A stretch of DNA of 64,000 bases from IMG/VR virus record IMGVR_UViG_3300033153_007754, positions 64,001 to 128,000 of that record; one strand, written 5' to 3'. Each line of letters starts with the position of its first letter. Position 1 is the stretch's first letter. The stretch comes from a virus. Shown here piece after piece: positions 10,132 to 19,804 of this stretch. The notes beneath the pieces were generated by a model, which was not told the DNA's origin, ran no database searches, and saw only the letters and a program-made list of their open reading frames with translations. Position numbers and translations under genes: made by a program.

Positions 10132-10875
10132 ATGTATAAGTACACGGTAACATTGATATGTTACCAAAACAGGAAGTTTTTAGAAATCGTATTCATTGTC
10201 ACATCAATATGTGGTTTAGAACATTTTAGTGGTGGTGAATTATTGGATATTATCGAAAAATTAAACATTGATATTGTATTTGATACTTCAATTATATGTG
10301 ACGATTGGGAATCAGATGTAGATTTTAAAATAATACACCAAAATGAATTGGTGTTAAAAGATGAAAACAAAATAAACACCAAATTTAAAATTAAAGCTGA
10401 TGAATTAAATAGTGATATATTAAAACATAAATTAGAAAGTCTAAAATTAAAGTGTGAAAAATATGATTTTATAAGTGAGATTTTAGAATCAGAAACAAGA
10501 AATTTAACTAAGGATGAAAAATTGTTTCATAGTGGTTTTAGTTTTGAATATGACGAATATATGTATTTTAAAGAAAGAAGAATGAAGGAATTTATAATTG
10601 ACAGGAAGGGTAGAATACATAGGGTTGCTGAAAACCTTTATTTTTCCCGTTGGGGTTGGGATGGTACATCATTTCATGATAAAATCACCAAACCATTTTT
10701 CCAAAATGTTAAATACCCTAAATCACATGCAGTTAATAAAGGATGGATTATAATTGGTAGCCATGTTGGATTTAAAATTATTGTAATGCCAACAATAAGA
10801 CAAATAGAAACATTAAAAAAATTGGGTTGGCATAGTATATGGTTTAATGGTGAATATTTAAATATTAATAATTAG
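10132..10875 (+). CDS. Hypothetical protein
   Basis: ORF with AGGAGG RBS. Confidence 0.65.
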   Translation: MYKYTVTLICYQNRKFLEIVFIVTSICGLEHFSGGELLDIIEKLNIDIVFDTSIICDDWESDVDFKIIHQNELVLKDENKINTKFKIKADELNSDILKHKLESLKLKCEKYDFISEILESETRNLTKDEKLFHSGFSFEYDEYMYFKERRMKEFIIDRKGRIHRVAENLYFSRWGWDGTSFHDKITKPFFQNVKYPKSHAVNKGWIIIGSHVGFKIIVMPTIRQIETLKKLGWHSIWFNGEYLNINN

Positions 10876-10884
10876 GAGGATAGT

Positions 10885-11037
10885 ATGTGTGTTCAAAAAG
10901 AAAATGTAATGAACCAAACAACAGGGTTTGGTTTTTTTAGTGCTGGTGATATTGAACACATTAACACTAAATTCATGCTTAATCAATTAAGAGGTGTAAT
11001 TCAATGCCTTAGATTATTAACAGATATAGGAAAATAG
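10885..11037 (+). pseudogene. 50-aa internally deleted paralog of 8400..9380
   Basis: QTTGFGFFSAG fused to INTKFMLNQLRG...RLLTDIGK; AGGAGG RBS intact. Confidence 0.75.
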
Positions 11038-11058
11038 GAACACACTATTCTCTCAAAA

Positions 11059-12147
11059 CTAAACAATACCCATCTCAATCAAATTAAAAATAAAATTTTC
11101 ATAATTACTGACAGTTCCAGCAAAAGTATCAAAGTTTAACGAATCTATATACCCATTTAATATAGCTGGTTGTAGAATATCTAATTTCACCACAATATCT
11201 TTTAATAAAATTGTATCAACATAACCATATTTAATATATTTTTTGTAATCATTTAAGTATAACTTTTCAAGGTTACCTTCATCGTGGTAATTAACTTTCC
11301 CATATTCATCACCTAAAATTGTTTTTGCAACATAATCTAAAGAATATTTTGGAAGTGGTGGGTAATACACTTTTAATAAATCCATACTATCTATCTGTGA
11401 AACCCCCAAAATATCAACAGCATCATATTCACCAAATTTATCCCTGCCTGTATAAGTTCTTACCTTACCAAAAGGTGAAAAGTTCTTACCACCGAGACCA
11501 ATTTTTTCAGCACGATAATAGAGATATGGGTCATCAAATTTAGAACCATTATGTGCTATTATGATATCATTATTTTCTTTTAAATATTCAAAGAAATGTG
11601 ATATTAAATCTTTTTCGTTTTCAAAATGTTTATAATAATCATATGTCTGAGTATAATCTTCTTTGTAACCAAAAGCAAAACTATGTTTTTTATTAAAATC
11701 ATAACCTGTTATTAGTGTTACAGCGTGTTTGGCTTCTTTAACATTCACTCTTTTACCATCGAACCTGGTTTCTATGTCATAATAAAGTGGCCGTGGAATG
11801 TTTAAATCCATTAAATCTACATCCAAACTAAAGTTTTTACTGATATATTGACACTCTATAGTATCAACACCATACAAATCTATTTCACCATCTTTTTTCA
11901 ATGTTCGTAATAAATTTTTATATTCTTTAATGTCGTTTGATTTATATTCAGCAACATTAACACCTTCTATTGTAACACAAGTGTTTTCACTTTCATTTGC
12001 AGATTCTATATATAACCTTAAAGGCATTTGTTTTATTATTTTTGAAACATATTCTAATGTCATAAAATCATAATATTTTAAATATAATTTATTTCTATAT
12101 TCCTTGATATAAGTATATTGTTGTTTTATTTCCATGTTATTACCCAT
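11059..12147 (-). CDS. Family B DNA polymerase, N-terminal/3'-5' exonuclease half (gp43 part A)
   Basis: ExoI YYDIET, ExoII HNGSKFDDPY, KYSLDYVA, ExoIII YGYVD; ends at ENFIFNL. Confidence 0.9.
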   Translation of the reverse strand: MGNNMEIKQQYTYIKEYRNKLYLKYYDFMTLEYVSKIIKQMPLRLYIESANESENTCVTIEGVNVAEYKSNDIKEYKNLLRTLKKDGEIDLYGVDTIECQYISKNFSLDVDLMDLNIPRPLYYDIETRFDGKRVNVKEAKHAVTLITGYDFNKKHSFAFGYKEDYTQTYDYYKHFENEKDLISHFFEYLKENNDIIIAHNGSKFDDPYLYYRAEKIGLGGKNFSPFGKVRTYTGRDKFGEYDAVDILGVSQIDSMDLLKVYYPPLPKYSLDYVAKTILGDEYGKVNYHDEGNLEKLYLNDYKKYIKYGYVDTILLKDIVVKLDILQPAILNGYIDSLNFDTFAGTVSNYENFIFNLIEMGIV

Positions 12148-12349
12148 TCTTGAAAAGAATAATTATAGTTTTTTTTTGATATTTAAGGAATCTTTTTTTG
12201 TTAAGATTTCATTTCATTAAGTTGATTCTTAATGTCTTTAACGTCATTTTCTGATAGTTTAACTCCACCCAGACGTTCATCCACATCATTTAATATTTCG
12301 CTCAATTCATCTAAATGTTCACTCATTTTTACCTCCATATATTAACTTT

Positions 12350-12658
12350 TTATTTAGTGATAATATTCACCAATTTTTTAGGAATAAGAACTATCTTTTC
12401 GATATTTTTATCACCAATATATTTTATTACAGCCGAATTATTCATAGCAAGTCTTTCAATTGCACCCTTGTCTTCATCTTTATATATAACTTCTTTCCCT
12501 ATTAATTTCCCATCCACTTGAAAAATGACAACTGTATATTCACCCTCTTCTTTCCATCCACATTTAGTTGATTCAATATATGAAAAAGGGTTGAGAAAAA
12601 AACAATCAATACATTCTGCTATATCATTAATAAGTATTTCACGTATTTCATCAATCAT
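12350..12658 (-). CDS. Protein carrying a LeuRS C-terminal-domain-like module
   Basis: FQVDGKL...AVIKYIGDKNIEKIVLIPKKLVNII matches LeuRS VQVNGK...KVIYVPGKLVNIV. Confidence 0.75.
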   Translation of the reverse strand: MIDEIREILINDIAECIDCFFLNPFSYIESTKCGWKEEGEYTVVIFQVDGKLIGKEVIYKDEDKGAIERLAMNNSAVIKYIGDKNIEKIVLIPKKLVNIITK

Positions 12659-13014
12659 TTTTTACCACCATGTTGATTTAATAAAAGTTCAATTTCTTTA
12701 TCTTCTTCATCAGTTGTATCAAGACCTTTATCTTCTGTCAATAAATTGTTTACTTCGATTAATTTATTTAATAACACCATGTTACTTGTATTGTAGCCAT
12801 CTAAAGTAATCCTTAAAGAATCATGTATCTCTTTAATTAACTTAATTAACCCTAAATCAACATCTTCATTATTATTATTATCTGCACGTTGCATCAATTT
12901 CTTTAAAAATTGTTTTAAATCCTTTATTGATTCTTTATATTCTTTACGGATAAAAACAACTTCATTGTTAAACGCTTTTACATTCCCCTCTATTTTAATA
13001 ACATCCTTATCCAT
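12655..13014 (-). CDS. Helical protein, possible terminase small subunit (gp16-like)
   Basis: Size and helical pattern only. Confidence 0.3.
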   Translation of the reverse strand: MDKDVIKIEGNVKAFNNEVVFIRKEYKESIKDLKQFLKKLMQRADNNNNEDVDLGLIKLIKEIHDSLRITLDGYNTSNMVLLNKLIEVNNLLTEDKGLDTTDEEDKEIELLLNQHGGKK

Positions 13015-13642
13015 AGTAATCACCAATATTAAATTTAATAACAAATTCAAATATATGTTTAAAATCACCTTCTTTATCAAATTGATAATTAACACCAACT
13101 TCATCATCATATTCATGTAAAAGATTCACCCCATTTGGTGGTAAATTTGTTAAATAATTTTCTGTGTTATGATATAAATAAAGTAACATAACACTTTCAT
13201 AATAATTCTCTAAACTAGATAAAATCTCTTCACTAATATTTTTCCAATTAATTATCTTTCTTATGTATAAATAATAAGAATCAGTGTTATAATTTAATAA
13301 CATATTGTTTAATGCAGTACTATCATTTTCGTCAACAAATTTTAAATATCTTGTTACAAAAGGTGTAACATTCTTATCAACATGTATTTTATCATAATCA
13401 TTAGAATCACCTGTATCATAGCAAAGCGTTAATAAGCCATCCGCATCTGAAAGTATATTATTTAACAATAAAACATTTGGGTCAGAGCTTCTAATATCTT
13501 CATATGTTGTTGTTGCCGTTGCTGTATTTATTTTATCTTTAGATAAAAGTAAATATAAAAATTTACCATTTTTAATAAATCTCACAATCATTTTTATTAT
13601 ACCAGCATTAACAGCATTAAAAATCGTATTTTGTTTACTCAT
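13007..13642 (-). CDS. Hypothetical protein, probably virion
   Basis: In a late operon. Confidence 0.5.
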   Translation of the reverse strand: MSKQNTIFNAVNAGIIKMIVRFIKNGKFLYLLLSKDKINTATATTTYEDIRSSDPNVLLLNNILSDADGLLTLCYDTGDSNDYDKIHVDKNVTPFVTRYLKFVDENDSTALNNMLLNYNTDSYYLYIRKIINWKNISEEILSSLENYYESVMLLYLYHNTENYLTNLPPNGVNLLHEYDDEVGVNYQFDKEGDFKHIFEFVIKFNIGDYYG

Positions 13643-13644
13643 GT

Positions 13645-15345
13645 TTACCTCTCATTTAAATAACGATAAACACCACTATCTTTATCATAGTAACCTAAAA
13701 TAACATATTCCCCATAATACCCCGTTAGCTCTGTTTTAGTTGCACCACCAGCATCTTCCACTAATTTTAGTTCACCACTTAAATGTGATTCTAAAAGATA
13801 AAATGATTTAACAGCTCCTTCATTTGCGTAACTTTTTAATATAAATGCATTATTTAAAATTATATTACTTGATGTAAACAATGGTTTTATTATAATGCTA
13901 TCAGTACCACTTTCTTTAACCAACATACCATCAAACATATTATTTTCATTTGCGAATTCAGTGTTTTTAGGTAAATTAATTAAAAATTGTTTTCTTTCTG
14001 TTATGTTTCCTAAAGCCATATTAACATTTAATGGCATTACACATAAATAATCATCATTTTTTCGCATAACAATATAATCATTTGTTATATACGCAACATC
14101 AGATAAATTAAAAACTTCATCATTTAAAATGTCATCATTATTGTCTTTTTGGATTGGTATATTCCATTGTGATAATAATACACCAGTATTTAAATCAAGT
14201 GATTGCATAAATGTATTATCACCGTTTTTATTTGGTGATGCCCTAAACAACACAAAAACCTGTCTGATAATATCTATTTGGTGTGATATATAATCCGTAT
14301 CAGTCAAACTAATTGCTTGTATTACACTCACATCTGTATTATTTACGGTAACACTACTTCCAGTTCCACTTAATGTAAAATAACCAACATTTAGATTATC
14401 CACACCTGAAGTACCTGTAATATACCACATGTTTGAACCTGATGTTGTTATGTACATTTGCCTAAAATTGGTGGCTGAATTAATTGTCAATGAACCAGTA
14501 TTTAATGAAAGAGGGTACGGAATTGCGTCCGAAGCTACATATGCAATACTAACAGTTGTATCATACGGATTTACACCATAGATAGATGTTATAATAGCAT
14601 AATCATTATCCATATCATATGTTACATCATAGCTTTGTATAGTCTCTGTTGTTGAGTTACCAAGGGTTGACATAACCGTTGTAATACTTGGTGTAATAAA
14701 GTTAAATAAAAACTTAGCAGTCCAATGATATTTAGTTCCTGGTGCACCAGTTATATAATTAGTAGCAGTAACATAAAAACCCAGTGATTGACTTCCAGAA
14801 TCATAATAACAATAAATGTGAGAGTTTTGTGAGGTTTTTTCCTGTAATATTTGGTTTGTTGTTATTACCTCACTATGTTCTCCATTATAAAAATCTAGTG
14901 TATCACCATTTAATCCATCATATTTAACAAAAAGATGTGTTTCGTTATTGTATTCATATAGAACTAAATAAAAAATAATACTATAATCACCCCCAATCAT
15001 ATAATATTTTTTTACTTCATGAATATAAGTATAATCCACCCCTAAATTAAATGTCATATATCCATCGTTTAATGTGGATGGTATGCTTATACCTTCAGGT
15101 GTATTGATATACACTAAATGTTCACTTTGAAATTCAGGTGCATCTAATACAGAAACTTGGTGTTTTTTAAACATATCTGTTTCCGTGTTGAAATTATTCT
15201 CAACTAATTTGTTGTATTTTTCGTAAAACTCTTTAATTTTATTGGTACTTGGAATGACCAGTAAATCCGATTTTGGATATAAACTCATATTTTTTAAACT
15301 CCTATAAAAAATCCATTGTGAAATATTCATATATAAATTCGACAT
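13645..15345 (-). CDS. Putative virion structural protein
   Basis: S/T/G/N/Y-rich beta-type composition; late operon. Confidence 0.55.
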   Translation of the reverse strand: MSNLYMNISQWIFYRSLKNMSLYPKSDLLVIPSTNKIKEFYEKYNKLVENNFNTETDMFKKHQVSVLDAPEFQSEHLVYINTPEGISIPSTLNDGYMTFNLGVDYTYIHEVKKYYMIGGDYSIIFYLVLYEYNNETHLFVKYDGLNGDTLDFYNGEHSEVITTNQILQEKTSQNSHIYCYYDSGSQSLGFYVTATNYITGAPGTKYHWTAKFLFNFITPSITTVMSTLGNSTTETIQSYDVTYDMDNDYAIITSIYGVNPYDTTVSIAYVASDAIPYPLSLNTGSLTINSATNFRQMYITTSGSNMWYITGTSGVDNLNVGYFTLSGTGSSVTVNNTDVSVIQAISLTDTDYISHQIDIIRQVFVLFRASPNKNGDNTFMQSLDLNTGVLLSQWNIPIQKDNNDDILNDEVFNLSDVAYITNDYIVMRKNDDYLCVMPLNVNMALGNITERKQFLINLPKNTEFANENNMFDGMLVKESGTDSIIIKPLFTSSNIILNNAFILKSYANEGAVKSFYLLESHLSGELKLVEDAGGATKTELTGYYGEYVILGYYDKDSGVYRYLNER

Positions 15346-15814
15346 CTACTGTTTTATACACAACGTCTTGTATAAGTGATGTTCTATTAATACGACTATA
15401 ACTCGCAAATATAGTATTGTGATAAGTTATTTTAATAAGAGGTTTTTTAGAAACATTATCCATTTTAAAAACAACTAAATTAAAACGATTAGCGTCTTCA
15501 CTAATTCTATGTTTTAATGAAGACATATCTATTAGATTTTCAGCAAAATATTTATATAAAAATTTCATAATATTCCACTTATTATCTAAAATAAACGGAA
15601 TAGTAATATTTTCAAAATTCAATATTGTATCAACAATTATGTGTTCATAACCGTTTCTATGGTTCTTTTTTTTAGTGAAATTCAGACCCATCCCAACTAA
15701 ATCAACACTTAAGGCATAATGTTCTAAATTTTCACCACCTTTAAAATCAAATACGATTAAATAATTATTGTCAATGTCAAAATTCTTTGGTAGTTCACCT
15801 GTAAATTCAATCAT
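15302..15814 (-). CDS. Tail tube-fold protein, gp3 (tube terminator)-like
   Basis: FENITIPFILDNKWNIMKFLY and C-terminal VEFIYEYF; 170 aa. Confidence 0.55.
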   Translation of the reverse strand: MIEFTGELPKNFDIDNNYLIVFDFKGGENLEHYALSVDLVGMGLNFTKKKNHRNGYEHIIVDTILNFENITIPFILDNKWNIMKFLYKYFAENLIDMSSLKHRISEDANRFNLVVFKMDNVSKKPLIKITYHNTIFASYSRINRTSLIQDVVYKTVDVEFIYEYFTMDFL

Positions 15815-16048
15815 TTACGCAATCCATATTCTAATGCCATAAATTATCGTTTGGTTTAATGGTGTATCGTTAAAATAAATTGCCTGTGTTGCGTCTTCTG
15901 TTATTTTAAAACTCCCCGTTTCAAAATCAATTGATAAACCCTCATTTGCAAAAACAGTAATATCGTTTTCTGTATTATAATCTTCTAAATTATGTTTTTT
16001 TTGAAATGTTTTAAATAATTCATTAAATTCTCTAATATATTCACCCAC
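15815..16048 (-). CDS. Hypothetical protein
   Basis: First ORF after TATAAATA (16072-16079). Confidence 0.45.
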   Translation of the reverse strand: MGEYIREFNELFKTFQKKHNLEDYNTENDITVFANEGLSIDFETGSFKITEDATQAIYFNDTPLNQTIIYGIRIWIA

Positions 16049-16074
16049 AAATAACCCCTAAATATATAATCTAT

Positions 16075-16371
16075 TTATAGAAAATCGTTAATACCATTGC
16101 TTTTTTTATTTTTCTTGAATTCATTAAAGAAATAACCACCATCTTTATATAGTTTCTGAATTCTATCTTTAAAAAAGCCTGGCATATTTTTATTGAAATC
16201 ATCTAATTCATTATCATCTTCTACGTTATACATACTCAACGCATTTACTAATAATTTAGCTATATTATCACCTTCTACATAATCTTCATAAACTTTATTC
16301 CAAATTATGTTATAAAATTTATTCTTTAGTGCTGTGTCATTTTTTAAATCTTTAAAGCTGTGAAAATCCAT
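16075..16371 (-). CDS. Hypothetical protein
   Basis: Start codon overlaps the polymerase stop. Confidence 0.55.
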   Translation of the reverse strand: MDFHSFKDLKNDTALKNKFYNIIWNKVYEDYVEGDNIAKLLVNALSMYNVEDDNELDDFNKNMPGFFKDRIQKLYKDGGYFFNEFKKNKKSNGINDFL

Positions 16372-18287
16372 TAAAAGTACTCCCTAAAATTGTTTGTTTT
16401 TTTCAATTGCCATCCGGCCGCCCCTAATAAAATATTTAAACTAGATAGATAAAAAGCATCAAATTGTAAATCATAATCTATATCAGTTACAAAATATTTC
16501 ATCATTTCTAAATTTCTAAAAGTGATTGTATCACCTTTACCCGTAAATTGTTTATTTGCCTTTAAATACACGAAATAAGCATAATCACCATTTTCAATAA
16601 AAGATGTTGGGATATTGTGTTTTCTAATTAAATAATTACAATAAGCTGCGCCCCTAAGTATTGGAGTTGCTTTTGGTTGTATTACATAATCAGCTTTTTT
16701 TATTATCTTATTATCTTTAAATAATTTTCTATAAGTATTTATCTTATAAGCATTTTTTAATGCATTATGTGTACTATATTCTTTTATATATTTGTGATAT
16801 TTATTTACCTTTGTGTTTTGTGCAATTTGTGTTATATCCATAGTTTTAAATTCTTTTCTTATTTTTTCAACAAATCCCCTTAATTCATCAATTTTATTTC
16901 TAAATATTATATCAACACTATGTTCTAACCACTTTGTTATAACAACCGGGTACGAAACATTTTTTGTAGATAACCCCGTTGTTTTTAATTTGTATGGTGT
17001 AAAAAACTTACCTTCGTCATACAAAGTTTTCATTACGTATTTTTTCTTTTCAACGTGCAAAGCCGCTTCATTAATCTTTTCAATTTTCATTTTCATTTTA
17101 TATTCAAATTTATTAATATAGTCACTACTATTTTTAAATGTTGTATCAATTATTGGTTGTGCAACCTTTTCATTAAATACTAAAATATCATTAATTAGTT
17201 CCTTGTTGGTTGCATAGACTTTGTTTTTATATAGTGCCTGTATAAGTGGGTCAATATTTACGTAAACCGAATCTGTGTCTATATATATAGATGGTTCATA
17301 ATCTTTGTAATCTGGAAACATAATTTTAAAATTATCTGTTACGGATTTAGCAATAGATTTAATATAATATTGGCTTAAAGATGTTATTGCATTTGCAACA
17401 TCCAAATCATAATATTTGTAATAAGCATTCGCAAAAGCACCATAACCCTTGTTTAAATTCCGTTTAAATGCTAAATCTTTCGTTCTGTAAACCCTTTCTT
17501 GTTCACCCCAATATTTAATGTTCTTTTCGTCATTGTTTTCTTTAGCTTTATTTAATCCATCAATAGCATTACTTCTATGTGCTTTTGCAACTAAACGTTT
17601 ATCATATAAATAATTCATAGCCACACACATAACACTTTTCTTGTTTAGTTTAAAAAACATAAGATTTGGTGTTACTGATAAATTATACTTTTCTAAAAAA
17701 CCACCAAAATCTATTGTTCTTGTTACCATCAAATCTATTGTTGCGGCTAAAATATCTCTATAAAGTGGGTCACTCGATTTTCTATATAAAATGTTAAAAT
17801 ATGATTTTGGAAATTCAAAACTTAATAAATCATCTTTTCTATATTCATCTGTTTTAATTAATAAGTATTCCCCACCTCTTTTAACTGCAATTCTTTTACC
17901 TTCTTCAATTTTTTCTTTTTTTAATTTACCAGTTCCATCAAAAAAATGATGATAAAAAGTAGAACCCTTTCTGCTATACATAGACTTTGTCATTTTCTTT
18001 ATAGGAACGTGTCTACCTTTGCCAGTTTCAAACACATTGAATATCTCAACCTGTTTAAATAAATGTTCCCTAAAGTCAATTGGTAAATCAGCCAACATTA
18101 TTTTATTTTCCTTTCCAATATTAGCTGTCATAATAGCGGATGGATATTCCGAGTTAACATCAAAAGACATTGTAAAACCATACAATCCACGTTTAGTTAA
18201 ATAATTATAACCACCCAAATAAGGGTACTTTTCTGAATGTGCAACAAAACGCCCACTAACCAATTTTCTATTCATATTTTGCACCAC
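16371..18287 (-). CDS. Family B DNA polymerase, palm/fingers/thumb half (gp43 part B)
   Basis: Motif A SFDVNSEYPS, motif B KRNLNKGYG, motif C YIDTDSVY, KKKY; aromatic C-terminus FREYF. Confidence 0.92.
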   Translation of the reverse strand: MVQNMNRKLVSGRFVAHSEKYPYLGGYNYLTKRGLYGFTMSFDVNSEYPSAIMTANIGKENKIMLADLPIDFREHLFKQVEIFNVFETGKGRHVPIKKMTKSMYSRKGSTFYHHFFDGTGKLKKEKIEEGKRIAVKRGGEYLLIKTDEYRKDDLLSFEFPKSYFNILYRKSSDPLYRDILAATIDLMVTRTIDFGGFLEKYNLSVTPNLMFFKLNKKSVMCVAMNYLYDKRLVAKAHRSNAIDGLNKAKENNDEKNIKYWGEQERVYRTKDLAFKRNLNKGYGAFANAYYKYYDLDVANAITSLSQYYIKSIAKSVTDNFKIMFPDYKDYEPSIYIDTDSVYVNIDPLIQALYKNKVYATNKELINDILVFNEKVAQPIIDTTFKNSSDYINKFEYKMKMKIEKINEAALHVEKKKYVMKTLYDEGKFFTPYKLKTTGLSTKNVSYPVVITKWLEHSVDIIFRNKIDELRGFVEKIRKEFKTMDITQIAQNTKVNKYHKYIKEYSTHNALKNAYKINTYRKLFKDNKIIKKADYVIQPKATPILRGAAYCNYLIRKHNIPTSFIENGDYAYFVYLKANKQFTGKGDTITFRNLEMMKYFVTDIDYDLQFDAFYLSSLNILLGAAGWQLKKTNNFREYF

Positions 18288-18507
18288 AAATTATTTGGGT
18301 TTTTCTCTTATTAAACAATAATAAATCATCACATTTGAGACACTTTTTATCAGCCACAAGGCAATTTTTTTTATCACAAACATTTTGTGTTATCTTATTA
18401 TTAATTATTGTAAATAAACTAATTAAATTAACATTTGCATCTTCTATATATTTATTATCATCACTTTCTTTATATGGTTTCCCAAACATTATTTTATATT
18501 CCATCAT
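18268..18507 (-). CDS. Small Cys-rich hypothetical protein
   Basis: Between the clamp and polymerase genes; four clustered Cys. Confidence 0.5.
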   Translation of the reverse strand: MMEYKIMFGKPYKESDDNKYIEDANVNLISLFTIINNKITQNVCDKKNCLVADKKCLKCDDLLLFNKRKTQIICGAKYE

Positions 18508-18512
18508 ATCCC

Positions 18513-19610
18513 CTAATCTAAATCCATTGGCATTATATAATAATTAGTTTTAATACTACTATTTAATTTAGGATACACTCTAATTACTTCATCATTCTGA
18601 ATAAAATCAAATACCACTTCATTACTTTTCAATTTTTTTAATATTAACTCTAAAAAATGACCAGACAATCCTATTTGATTTATTTTATATTTGGATAATC
18701 CTATTTTAATTTTAGACTTTAATTTACTGTTATCAAAATCGTTTGTTCTTAAATACATGTTTTTACCATCAAGTGAATCTAATATAATTAAAAATGTATC
18801 TTTATTACTTAAAGCATTGATATCTGTAACATTTTTCAACAAACGTTTTCTATTAAAAAACAAAAGATTACCATTCTCTCTTGTTATAGATTCCCAGTTA
18901 ATAAAATCATTCCCTTGTGTTAATTCCCAGATTTCAAAATACTTGTTTTTAACACAAAACATATTATTACTTTTATCATAACTAATTTGTACTTTTAAAT
19001 TATTATTTCGGTATGGTGTTAATACTTTTATTAGATTTATTACAAATGTATTGTGTAATAAGAATTGGTATTCAACATCAGTTTGTTTAAAAATATTGAC
19101 ATTATTATGTGCTAATATAAAACTATTAGTTCCTATTATACCCTTATTACCAATACACACATTTTGTAATCTTTTTTTTGTAACATCTTTAGATGTCATT
19201 TCAGCAACATTTTCTAACTTTTCCAATAAACTGTTTAATGATATTTCACCCTTTAATTCATATTTGCTTATGTTTTGCGGATAAACAAAGCCATTATCAT
19301 GTAAATTCTCCACAACAAAGTTATATTTTTTATTAGAAATTTCGATTGAATCAAACAATTTCACCTCTGTTTGATAATCACTTAGATGGTTTTTAATTTT
19401 TAGTAAAACCTGTGGATTAAAGAATATGTTTTTAGTTGTTTCCTTGTTGATAGTAACGTTTTTTGGTAGATTGTATATAATACCACCACCTTCACTAATT
19501 CTTGCTACCAGCGCCTTTTTTTTAACATCCAAACAGACTGGATTGAAATTAAAATCCATAGTATTTAAAAAATTGGTTACACTGGTTATTATCGTATTAA
19601 ACTTTTGCAC
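18513..19610 (-). CDS. dnaN: Bacterial-type DNA polymerase III beta clamp homolog
   Basis: 365 aa; GTNSFILA (ATDGHRLA-like), IGLSGHFLELILK (IGFN..YL.DVL-like), C-terminal YIMPM. Confidence 0.8.
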   Translation of the reverse strand: MQKFNTIITSVTNFLNTMDFNFNPVCLDVKKKALVARISEGGGIIYNLPKNVTINKETTKNIFFNPQVLLKIKNHLSDYQTEVKLFDSIEISNKKYNFVVENLHDNGFVYPQNISKYELKGEISLNSLLEKLENVAEMTSKDVTKKRLQNVCIGNKGIIGTNSFILAHNNVNIFKQTDVEYQFLLHNTFVINLIKVLTPYRNNNLKVQISYDKSNNMFCVKNKYFEIWELTQGNDFINWESITRENGNLLFFNRKRLLKNVTDINALSNKDTFLIILDSLDGKNMYLRTNDFDNSKLKSKIKIGLSKYKINQIGLSGHFLELILKKLKSNEVVFDFIQNDEVIRVYPKLNSSIKTNYYIMPMDLD

Positions 19611-19702
19611 TATTAAAACTCCATTAAATATATTGTTTGTATTATAATGTAGTTGTAATATTTAATAAATATTTTTATGCAATGTTTTTTAAGGGGGTTG
19701 TT

Positions 19703-19804
19703 ATGGCAACATGTAAGTGTGGTAGTAGTAGAACTGTAATGGGTGATGATGGTGTTTTGTATTGTGTTAGTTGTGGAAAAAAATTAAGTGGTGGTAGAAA
19801 ATGA
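19703..19804 (+). CDS. 33-aa Zn-ribbon micro-protein
   Basis: MATCKCGSS...YCVSCGKK; GGGGG RBS; ATGA overlap with the next ORF. Confidence 0.6.
   Translation: MATCKCGSSRTVMGDDGVLYCVSCGKKLSGGRK

Noticed and set aside
11059-18287. Split intein or intron joining the polymerase halves
   Set aside because: No intein N- or C-terminal motifs at either end, and the gene order is incompatible with cis-splicing.
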